A stretch of 64,000 nt of DNA, taken from a virus. Below, in pieces: positions 47,587 through 55,002 of the stretch (position 1 is the stretch's first letter; each line of letters begins with the position of its first letter). Below the pieces are notes generated by a model. That model was not told the origin of the DNA and ran no database searches. It saw nothing but the letters and a program-made list of their open reading frames with translations. The stretch lies in IMG/VR virus record IMGVR_UViG_3300045988_095964; one strand, given 5' to 3'. The translations under genes were made by a program, and so were the position numbers.

Positions 47587-47977
47587 GCCTGCTTTCATCC
47601 CGTTCATCCGGACAACGCTTCCCCGGCGGATGGTGACGAACTCGTTTAAGGTTATAACCAATCCGTTACGGATAACTTTCCGTGGGGAGAGCTATCGGGA
47701 ACTTGTTTTCAAATTCGTTATGATTAACGGATATTGGAAAGGTCACATTGAGATGATGTCCTCGTCATGGGGTTACCAGTGCCCTATCTTTGACAGCACT
47801 CGTGACCTGCGGAAGTCCCTCTCCGAACTTTTGGAAGAATCCCTCGTGTATGCGCAGGAAATGATTGACAACCATAAACCGGATAAGTTTATCACCAAAG
47901 CGCATAAATCTATTCAGTCACTTATAGGATTACCCGATTCCGAGATTCTTAAACACGTAGACTATGAGTTATGGTAG
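47579..47977 (+). CDS. hypothetical protein
   Basis: ATG at 47579 overlaps the upstream stop. 132 aa. Confidence 0.5.
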   Translation: MIEPAFIPFIRTTLPRRMVTNSFKVITNPLRITFRGESYRELVFKFVMINGYWKGHIEMMSSSWGYQCPIFDSTRDLRKSLSELLEESLVYAQEMIDNHKPDKFITKAHKSIQSLIGLPDSEILKHVDYELW

Positions 47978-48332
47978 ATTGCCGAAATATGCACAAAAAC
48001 TCCTTAACGGTTCCCCTACTACTCGTTCGCGTTCGCAGAAACAGGAAAGTCGTATCGCTAAGGATTTACGTGGGCATACGACGATTAACTCCGGGGCAAC
48101 CTTTGGCCAAAATGACGTATTTACGGATTTCTGTGAAGTTGAGGCGAAGACAACTAATAAGGAATCTTTTTCGCTGAAACTCTCTGACTGGCGTAAGTTG
48201 CGAAAGAAATGCTCTACTACGAAAATCCCTATCTTTGTAGTGGATTTCGAGACGTCCAAAGACAGTCTCGCTGTACTTACCTATGACGATTTACTTTACC
48301 TTTTGGATAAGATAAATCGTGCAAAGCCCTAA
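47964..48332 (+). CDS. PD-(D/E)XK nuclease, Holliday-junction-resolvase-like
   Basis: 'QESRIAKDLRGHTTINSGATFGQNDVF...CEVEAKT' gives a D...ExK arrangement. Confidence 0.55.
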   Translation: MSYGRLPKYAQKLLNGSPTTRSRSQKQESRIAKDLRGHTTINSGATFGQNDVFTDFCEVEAKTTNKESFSLKLSDWRKLRKKCSTTKIPIFVVDFETSKDSLAVLTYDDLLYLLDKINRAKP

Positions 48333-48378
48333 AAATTAGGTATTTGGAACTTTCAAAATTAATTTTTATATTTGTATA
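48332..48378 (+). promoter_or_regulatory. conserved promoter cassette, copy 4
   Basis: Near-identical to copy 2. TTTG at 48343-48346, a 20-nt spacer, then TATATTTG at 48367-48374. Confidence 0.75.
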
Positions 48379-48413
48379 CGTTCAATAAATTTATAACTTA
48401 ATCCCACATTAAG

Positions 48414-49607
48414 ATGAAGTACTATTTTGTAAAAACCCTTGTAGACAAGGGACGCACTCGTGTTCGTGCATTATCCAAACAAACCCATGATGACGGAACC
48501 CCCGTTGACACTACGGTTAACGTTAAAGTAGACCGGGATATTCGTTCTGAATATCCTACGGGAACCATCTACGGAGTTACCTCGCTTATTCCCAAAGCGG
48601 GTTACCTCGATGTCGAGGACGGTAAGATGTACCCGATGAATGTTCCCCGGTTTATCAGCGACGATCACCGTCCTACTGAGGAGATGGTTGCCGCGTACCG
48701 TGACTTTATCGGGGTTATGGAGGAACCCGAAACGGTTGACAAAGATACCTCCGCCCGGAGTTACCTCGGTCGGTTGATGAAGAACGAACGGTTCAACCCT
48801 CCGACCATCAAAAACGACGGGTTCTTCACGGACAAGTCAAAATGGTACTTGCTTATCCGAAACATTCAGAATCAGGTTAACACCATGCTTCTCGGTCCTA
48901 CTGGAACAGGTAAAACCGAACTGGTAATGCTCGCATGTCAGAAACTCGGTGTGGAATGCTCCGTTTACGACATGGGGTCCATGTACGACCCGGTTTCCGG
49001 GCTTCTCGGTGTTCACCGATTGCAGGAGGGCGGCATATCGGTGTTCGATTATGCCAAATTCACGCAGGACATTCAGAAACCCGGTGTGGTGTTGCTCGAC
49101 GAGCTTTCCCGCGCCCCCGTAACAACTAATAACATTCTTTTCCCGTGCTTGGACTCGCGCCGTTCGTTGCCTGTCGAAATTGCCGGGGGTAAGGATATGC
49201 GTGCTATTCGCGTGCATCCGGAGTGCTGTTTCATTGCAACAGCGAATATCGGTGCTGAGTACACGGGTACCATGATTATGGACCGTGCACTGATGAACCG
49301 CTTTTTTGCGATGAAGCTCTCCTATTTGGCACAAACCGACGAGGTTCAGCTTCTCGTAAAACGATGCGACATTAAGCCCGACCATGCCCGCAAGATTTCT
49401 CTTGTGTGCTCGGAGATTCGCACCACGTTCGACAAGGGCGAACTCAGTCACGCCATGTCTACCCGTGAATCCCTTATGGCGGCTGAACTTATCCGGGATG
49501 GTTGGTCTCCCTTGGAGGCTATGGAGTTGTCGTTCCTGCCGCTGTACGAGGGAACTGATTCCGAGGGTGAACGCGGTATCGTTCGCAAACTTATAATGAG
49601 CCGGTAG
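48414..49607 (+). CDS. MoxR/CobS-like AAA+ ATPase
   Basis: Walker A 'LLGPTGTGKTEL' and Walker B 'VVLLDELSRAP'. Confidence 0.85.
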   Translation: MKYYFVKTLVDKGRTRVRALSKQTHDDGTPVDTTVNVKVDRDIRSEYPTGTIYGVTSLIPKAGYLDVEDGKMYPMNVPRFISDDHRPTEEMVAAYRDFIGVMEEPETVDKDTSARSYLGRLMKNERFNPPTIKNDGFFTDKSKWYLLIRNIQNQVNTMLLGPTGTGKTELVMLACQKLGVECSVYDMGSMYDPVSGLLGVHRLQEGGISVFDYAKFTQDIQKPGVVLLDELSRAPVTTNNILFPCLDSRRSLPVEIAGGKDMRAIRVHPECCFIATANIGAEYTGTMIMDRALMNRFFAMKLSYLAQTDEVQLLVKRCDIKPDHARKISLVCSEIRTTFDKGELSHAMSTRESLMAAELIRDGWSPLEAMELSFLPLYEGTDSEGERGIVRKLIMSR

Positions 49608-49608
49608 T

Positions 49609-51474
49609 ATGGAACGCCCGTTTATGACCCGTGCAGAGATCGAGGATTTGATGCGCGATTGGTTTGATCGTGACGGCGAAACGTTCATTCGGATCAGTGA
49701 CAAAGACCGTGTTGGTTGGGAGGACACTCTCGACGCCGGGGCCGACTACTCAACGTACATTCTGGAATCTCCTACGCAGGAGGATTTGATTCGCCGCGGT
49801 TATACGTTGGCTTCTGAAATGCTGACGGCTATGAACCTCCCCCGAAAGGTTCGCCTGCGTATTTCTCGTACTGGAGACAGTGCTACCGACTTAAAGACGG
49901 TTACTGTTTGTACCGAGTATTTCGATGACAAGACGCTGACCGTGGGTGCCAAACTCGATATTTTTATGGGACTTACCATTCACGAGGGATGTCACGTTCT
50001 CTATACCACTCCGACTAAACCCGAAGATTTCGGTGTCAACAAGCGGATCATCCATACCTTGTGGAACATCATAGAGGACGAACGTATCGAGGAGAAACTT
50101 GGTGAGACGAAACCCGGTTTCGCCCGGTTCTTGGAGAAGTCCCGGTACTACTATTTCGACCAGTACTATCTGGACGCTGGTATGATCGACGAAGTGGCCG
50201 AAAAGACTGATGCCGAGCAGTTGCTCAACCTTATTCTCAGAATTATCCGTTATCCGGTATATCTGAAAGAGGAAGACTTCGAACGGTTCGGTTTCTATCT
50301 GAAAAAGATTAAGGAGATACTCCTGCCGTTCCCCGATTCTACGAAAGCCGCTCTCGACGCCGCCAGACGCATTTACGAGGTTATCCGCGATTTCTACCGT
50401 GATAAAGAAACCGCTGACAGTAAAGAAGCCAGTTATGGGGAGGGTGATACTGATGCCGAAGGAATGGGTTCTTCTTGTGGTGACGAGGAACTCGACCGTA
50501 AGATTGCTTCTGATGCTTCTGAAATGCTGGAGGGTTTGTCCAAACTTACCGGCTCTGAAACCGCTGACAGTAAAGAAGCCAAAACTCTCGGCGATGACGA
50601 TATGGCCACAACGGTTAAGGACAAGGGAGGTTTGCTCGGTGAAATTTGTGAGGGTCTCGTCGAACTCGGTTCCGGCACCGATACCTATTTTACTCCGGCT
50701 CCGTCCGATGCGTCACGATACGAGAAATCTCACCAGCGGGTTCGTCGGTATGTTCCCGCTATCTCCAAAATTATTCGAGGACACTGCCGGGAGTACAAGT
50801 TAATCCATCGCAGTATGCGGAGTGGCGTTCTCGATACGAACAAACTTGCCGAGGCCATTCAAGGTGTAAGCACGGTCTACATTCGTGAGGGTGAAGTGAA
50901 AAGTGATCGCGTCGCCGTGTGTGTTCTGATCGACGAAAGTGGCTCCATGAGTGGTGAACGAATTGAGGCCGCACGGGACACTGCCGTTCTCCTTAACGAA
51001 GCGGTCGGTAGTATTCCGCAAGTAGAGCTGTTCATTTATGGTCATACGGGAGACATTCGTACCAGTCGGTCCACGGAATTACATGTTTACCGAGAGAAAG
51101 GCTACTCTCCGAAATATGCGCTCGGTTCCGTGAGAGCGTGCTGTGAGAACCGTGATGGTATTGCTATTTACGAAGTCGCTCAACGGGTACGCAAACAAAC
51201 CCAGCTTCCCGTGTTGTTCTTTATTCTTTCCGATGGTGCGCCGTGCGCGGGAAGCTATCACGGTGAATCCGCTATGAACCACGTTCGGGAGATGGTGAAC
51301 AAGGTAGAAGCGATGCAGTTTAACGTTGTGCAGGTGTGCATTAACCATAGTTATCCACCCGAAAGAATGTTTAAGCATTTCGTCATTCTCGAAGACCTTT
51401 CCACGTTAGCTATCTCACTGGGTCGCGTAATTAAAAAGGCGACCATGAAAAACACTGCAAGCAGAGTTATCTGA
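49609..51474 (+). CDS. vWA-domain protein (CobT-like) with N-terminal HExxH motif
   Basis: 'LTIHEGCHVLY' (49981-49995) and 'WNIIEDERIE'. MIDAS motif 'VLIDESGSMSG'. Confidence 0.8.
   Translation: MERPFMTRAEIEDLMRDWFDRDGETFIRISDKDRVGWEDTLDAGADYSTYILESPTQEDLIRRGYTLASEMLTAMNLPRKVRLRISRTGDSATDLKTVTVCTEYFDDKTLTVGAKLDIFMGLTIHEGCHVLYTTPTKPEDFGVNKRIIHTLWNIIEDERIEEKLGETKPGFARFLEKSRYYYFDQYYLDAGMIDEVAEKTDAEQLLNLILRIIRYPVYLKEEDFERFGFYLKKIKEILLPFPDSTKAALDAARRIYEVIRDFYRDKETADSKEASYGEGDTDAEGMGSSCGDEELDRKIASDASEMLEGLSKLTGSETADSKEAKTLGDDDMATTVKDKGGLLGEICEGLVELGSGTDTYFTPAPSDASRYEKSHQRVRRYVPAISKIIRGHCREYKLIHRSMRSGVLDTNKLAEAIQGVSTVYIREGEVKSDRVAVCVLIDESGSMSGERIEAARDTAVLLNEAVGSIPQVELFIYGHTGDIRTSRSTELHVYREKGYSPKYALGSVRACCENRDGIAIYEVAQRVRKQTQLPVLFFILSDGAPCAGSYHGESAMNHVREMVNKVEAMQFNVVQVCINHSYPPERMFKHFVILEDLSTLAISLGRVIKKATMKNTASRVI
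50407..50431 (+). repeat. 25-bp perfect direct repeat, copy 1 (copy 2 at 50557..50581)
   Basis: GAAACCGCTGACAGTAAAGAAGCCA occurs twice, 150 bp apart, encoding 'ETADSKEA' in the acidic linker. Confidence 0.9.
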
Positions 51475-51493
51475 AAATCCGAAAAATTATCCT

Positions 51494-51501
51494 TATATTT
51501 G
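51494..51501 (+). promoter_or_regulatory. -7 TATATTTG element upstream of the tRNA
   Basis: TAnnTTTG match. No clear -33 TTTG. Confidence 0.45.
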
Positions 51502-51518
51502 TTCCGAGGGTAAGGTGT

Positions 51519-51578
51519 GAGCATTTGCTCGTAGGGGTTGGGAGTACGGTTACTCGTGGGATTGTGACCCCCCCCCTA
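51519..51578 (+). other. structured leader between the promoter and the tRNA
   Basis: Hairpins GAGCA/TGCTC (51519-51530) and GAGTA-CGGT-TACTC (51542-51555). TAGGGG (51532-51537) is complementary to CCCCTA (51573-51578). C9 tract at 51568-51576. Confidence 0.4.
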
Positions 51579-51580
51579 TC

Positions 51581-51654
51581 GGTCCCGTAGCTCAGTTGGA
51601 TAGAGCATCAGATTTCTAATCTGAGGGTCGCGCGTTCGAACCGCGCCGGGATCA
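51581..51654 (+). tRNA. tRNA-Arg (anticodon UCU)
   Basis: Cloverleaf by hand. Acceptor GGTCCCG/CGGGATC, D arm GCTC..GAGC, anticodon stem TCAGA/TCTGA with loop TTTCTAA, and T arm GCGCG-TTCGAAC-CGCGC. No encoded CCA. Confidence 0.9.
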
Positions 51655-51671
51655 CAAATCTATAATAAGTA

Positions 51672-52532
51672 ATGGCAGAGCTTAAACGTACACGTAAAAC
51701 CAGTATTGCGCGGTTACTCCGGAAGGAGACCGACACCGAAATTCAGAAAGTAACAAAAGCTATCGACAAAGCTCTCGAAAAGGATGAAATATCCGTGGGA
51801 GCCTTTTCCGTTATCGGTATTCGCCGAGCGTGCAAGCGGATGCTCGATGCACTCGATGACTTTGACCGCAGGGATTTTTTCGGGGCATTCTTCGATCTGT
51901 ATAATTTGTGCATGGCTCCCGATATTCGGGCAAAGGGAGTATTCCATCCGAGCAGTCTCAAAAGTGCGTGCCCGCGGTCGTTGGTATATGACCTCCAAAA
52001 CGCCCCCCGTGACGCTTCGATTTCGCCCGTTTCCGGTGCGTTACAACGCACGTTTGATGTCGGTTCATGGTATCACCTATATATCCAAAATATTCTGTTA
52101 AATATCGGTTTTCTCGAACAGGCCGAAGTCCCGGTTATTTGCAAGGAACGTTTCATAAACGGTAAGGCCGACGGTGTATTCCGGTATGAAGTATTCGGTG
52201 AGAAAGTGGTACTCGAAATTAAGACCATGAATGACATGGTTTACCAGCGTGCCATTTTCAAACCGTTCGAGAAACATGAATTCCAAGCGTCGTTGTACGC
52301 CCGCGAATTGGGCGCGACGAAAATCTTGTACCTGTACATTAACAAGAATACCTCGGCGATGAAAGAATTCCTTATGCCGTTGAATATGCCGATGCTCGAA
52401 CAAGCCGATAAGATTATGAGCAGTACGATCAGTCATGTCGGAGCCGGTACGTTACCTAAACGTGCGTGTCCGGATGCTTTGTGTGAGAATGCTTTCGCCT
52501 GTCCGTATCGGACGCACTGTTTCAAAGAGTAA
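51672..52532 (+). CDS. Cas4/RecB-like PD-(D/E)XK exonuclease with Cys cluster
   Basis: 'ADGVF...VVLEIKT' gives D..ExK. N-terminal 'SACPRSLVY' plus C-terminal 'CPDALCENAFACPYRTHC' fits a Cas4-type Fe-S arrangement. Confidence 0.7.
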   Translation: MAELKRTRKTSIARLLRKETDTEIQKVTKAIDKALEKDEISVGAFSVIGIRRACKRMLDALDDFDRRDFFGAFFDLYNLCMAPDIRAKGVFHPSSLKSACPRSLVYDLQNAPRDASISPVSGALQRTFDVGSWYHLYIQNILLNIGFLEQAEVPVICKERFINGKADGVFRYEVFGEKVVLEIKTMNDMVYQRAIFKPFEKHEFQASLYARELGATKILYLYINKNTSAMKEFLMPLNMPMLEQADKIMSSTISHVGAGTLPKRACPDALCENAFACPYRTHCFKE

Positions 52533-52574
52533 AAATATCGAGATTTTATTAAATTCTCGACAAATTTAATCATC

Positions 52575-52838
52575 ATGGAAAAGATTAAACTTGTGGTCTA
52601 TAACGAGCACACGCTCGGTTATTGGGACCCCCGTAACCCGTCCGTTGTTGGAATCCTTAAAGCGTCGCCGTTACGTGGGGCTATTGGAGACCACCATAAA
52701 AACATTGAGGTGGTAACTGCCCGCAGTAATATCCGGTTGGCTTCCCTCTGTGATTTCAAAGCATACAACGTATCATTTGATGGGTACGACAACGGGAATT
52801 ATGAGTACAAAGAACTTTATCACGACATTAACCAATAA
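52575..52838 (+). CDS. hypothetical protein
   Basis: 87-aa ORF. Confidence 0.5.
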   Translation: MEKIKLVVYNEHTLGYWDPRNPSVVGILKASPLRGAIGDHHKNIEVVTARSNIRLASLCDFKAYNVSFDGYDNGNYEYKELYHDINQ

Positions 52839-52842
52839 AACT

Positions 52843-53292
52843 ATGAAAAGATTTATTCTTATCCTCGTTGCGCTTTTGGTAGTAGCTACCGGATTCGCAC
52901 AACCCAAGAAAGTCAATCTCGACATTAAGACATTGAAAGAACTTGTCGGTGTCGCTACCTATGAAAAGGTTGACAGTCTGCTCGGATTCCAAACTACCCT
53001 TGAAAGCGGTGAAAAAGTTTTTCAGGGTATCAACGAATACGAGAAAATGCTCTTAGCGTATCGTTGCCGATTCAACGAGAAAAACATCCTGCAAAGTGTA
53101 GAGTTTGTTTCCCGGTCATGTATGGGTTATGCAATCGACATGGCTGTCCATCGTATTAAACCCTATGCGTATGGAAAATATACAGGTGATTCACCCGATT
53201 TACGTCGGTACAGATGGGATGGTCGAGAAATTGTCATTGACTTTGACGCCCAAACTGTAATAGTATATAAGCCGAAGCCAAATGCCCGCTAA
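52843..53292 (+). CDS. predicted secreted protein
   Basis: Signal-peptide-like 'MKRFILILVALLVVATGFAQ'. Confidence 0.55.
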   Translation: MKRFILILVALLVVATGFAQPKKVNLDIKTLKELVGVATYEKVDSLLGFQTTLESGEKVFQGINEYEKMLLAYRCRFNEKNILQSVEFVSRSCMGYAIDMAVHRIKPYAYGKYTGDSPDLRRYRWDGREIVIDFDAQTVIVYKPKPNAR

Positions 53293-53731
53293 GAAGTTGG
53301 AGGGCGTCACTAACCCGCTCGACTTATTCCGAAAACAGTTTTCGGAAGTCGTTGCCCCTAAGGGTGGTTTGCCGACAATGCCTACACGGATTGCAGATAT
53401 TGCGTCTGATGAACTCGGTAACATGATTGCCCGCTACACTGCATGGCGGGAATTCACCGAAGATCGTCATTTGGAAGCCTGCGCAACATACGCTCAGATA
53501 AAGTCTGAATGCGACCTCGAAATGGACCGTGTTATGGTCGGTAACCGTAGAATGTCTGCCACGGAGAAAAAAGCCGCCGCACGTCTTAAACTCGATGAAA
53601 GTGGATTACTCCGTAAGTTGGAGGAAGCCGAAATATACCGCGATCTTCTTTCCGGTAAGCTCGATTCGTTCAGTAACGTGCTGGCGATGCTTAGTAGGGA
53701 GTTGACACGTCGCGGAGTATTTAACAGTTAA
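53282..53731 (+). CDS. hypothetical protein
   Basis: 149-aa ORF, helical. Confidence 0.5.
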   Translation: MPAKKLEGVTNPLDLFRKQFSEVVAPKGGLPTMPTRIADIASDELGNMIARYTAWREFTEDRHLEACATYAQIKSECDLEMDRVMVGNRRMSATEKKAAARLKLDESGLLRKLEEAEIYRDLLSGKLDSFSNVLAMLSRELTRRGVFNS

Positions 53732-53735
53732 TCCT

Positions 53736-54863
53736 ATGGGATCATTACAGTTTTCTATTGGTGAGGGATTCGGTGAACTCCTTACCTCAGTAGCCCGTGA
53801 AAAACTTACAGAGCAATGCGACCTCGACGGTGGGGTCGCATTACTTATACAGTCTTTGCCCGGTATGAACGAGGACCAAGCCCTCAGTATTATTTTTGGC
53901 GATATGGTGCTGACTGAGGATGTCGAGGAACAGACAGTGTCTCTGCGTCCTGCCAGTGAAGAATCGTCGGGATTTGACGTTGTGGCGTGGTTGGTATCTC
54001 GTAACTCTACTTTTATGAAAGATGCTGAGAGTTGGCTTGAAGTAACCGCCAACATGGGGCCTCTCAACGGTGTCCGGAAAGAAGTGGAGGTAAAATACGC
54101 TGACCTTATTAAGTATTACTGGGATGGGAGTGCAAAAGAATTGTTCGAGCATGACGCCGATCTGAACGGTTTGCGCTATCTTGTTACCGGGGTTCGAGGT
54201 TTCCTCGACAAGTATACAGAGTTTCTCACTTTGTATAACCGGATAGTTTCTAAGATTCCCGACAAATTTTCCGGTGGTAAGAAGCTCGAAGTTTGTGAAG
54301 AAGTCGTCGATCTGAACAAAAGTATCGGCGTACTGATGATGTCACAACATGACCGGGACACCTCCGATGCTTACCTTTCCTATTATGACGAGAGGTTAAA
54401 ACGGTATCTCGAAACAGAGAGAATCCTCTCGGATGAAACTTTTGACGTTAAACCCGTTGATATTACCGAGGGGTATGATGCCGGATGGCTTGCTCCGAAC
54501 GGTGATTATTACGGGTTGCGCGGGGAAGTGTCCAATATGTTACACGCACGTATTTCGGAAGCGTTGCAGAGTAAAGGAATTATTCCGACACCGCTTCCCG
54601 ACGACTGTACCTCTCCGGACCGGTGGTTGGAGACCAATGGTTGGGTTAAGATTCACAACGATTGGATTCTATTCGATGGTTACGATCCTTTCGGTGTCCG
54701 CGGTAAGGAAGTACCTCTTACGGAGAAACAACGAGAGAGTATCTACCGGTATGGTCAGGTATGCTGGAGGGGAATGCTCACATTCGGATTTTCTCGAAAA
54801 CAAATCTCGGCGGCACGCTTCGAAATGACCGAGCCGTTAATGCTCAAAAAACTGTTCGAATGA
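53736..54863 (+). CDS. hypothetical protein
   Basis: 375-aa ORF. Confidence 0.55.
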   Translation: MGSLQFSIGEGFGELLTSVAREKLTEQCDLDGGVALLIQSLPGMNEDQALSIIFGDMVLTEDVEEQTVSLRPASEESSGFDVVAWLVSRNSTFMKDAESWLEVTANMGPLNGVRKEVEVKYADLIKYYWDGSAKELFEHDADLNGLRYLVTGVRGFLDKYTEFLTLYNRIVSKIPDKFSGGKKLEVCEEVVDLNKSIGVLMMSQHDRDTSDAYLSYYDERLKRYLETERILSDETFDVKPVDITEGYDAGWLAPNGDYYGLRGEVSNMLHARISEALQSKGIIPTPLPDDCTSPDRWLETNGWVKIHNDWILFDGYDPFGVRGKEVPLTEKQRESIYRYGQVCWRGMLTFGFSRKQISAARFEMTEPLMLKKLFE

Positions 54864-54964
54864 AAAATAATGTAGATAAGGGTTTGATCGCCGACTTTGT
54901 TGTCCTCGGTCTTGGTTTGGTAGCTCTTGCCGTTTTGCTGGGCGTTGTCCTTGCATTTATGTAG
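54860..54964 (+). CDS. small TM peptide (34 aa, below track cutoff)
   Basis: ATGA overlap. 'LIADFVVLGLGLVALAVLLGVVLAFM'. Confidence 0.3.
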   Translation: MKNNVDKGLIADFVVLGLGLVALAVLLGVVLAFM

Positions 54965-54979
54965 AAATTTGTATCTTTG
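54950..54979 (+). promoter_or_regulatory. Bacteroides-type promoter (-7 TATCTTTG)
   Basis: TATCTTTG at 54972-54979. Weak -33 CTTG lies 18 nt upstream. Confidence 0.45.
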
Positions 54980-55002
54980 CGGTAGACACAAATAATTGAA
55001 TC

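Noticed and set aside
28391-48378. Repeated ~46-bp elements considered as a CRISPR-like or tandem array
   Set aside because: The copies are 4-9 kb apart, always intergenic and in promoter orientation with -33/-7 elements. They do not form an array.
48837-49727. 296-aa minus-strand ORF opposite the MoxR-like gene (also 41635..42378 opposite the SSB gene, 20439..21161 opposite the tape measure gene and 8863..9636 opposite the capsid gene)
   Set aside because: The + strand frames carry clear Walker, zinc or capsid motifs. The antisense ORFs have no motifs and no start context.
51581-51654. Possible suppressor tRNA
   Set aside because: The hand-folded anticodon loop TTTCTAA gives anticodon TCT (Arg), not CTA, TCA or TTA.
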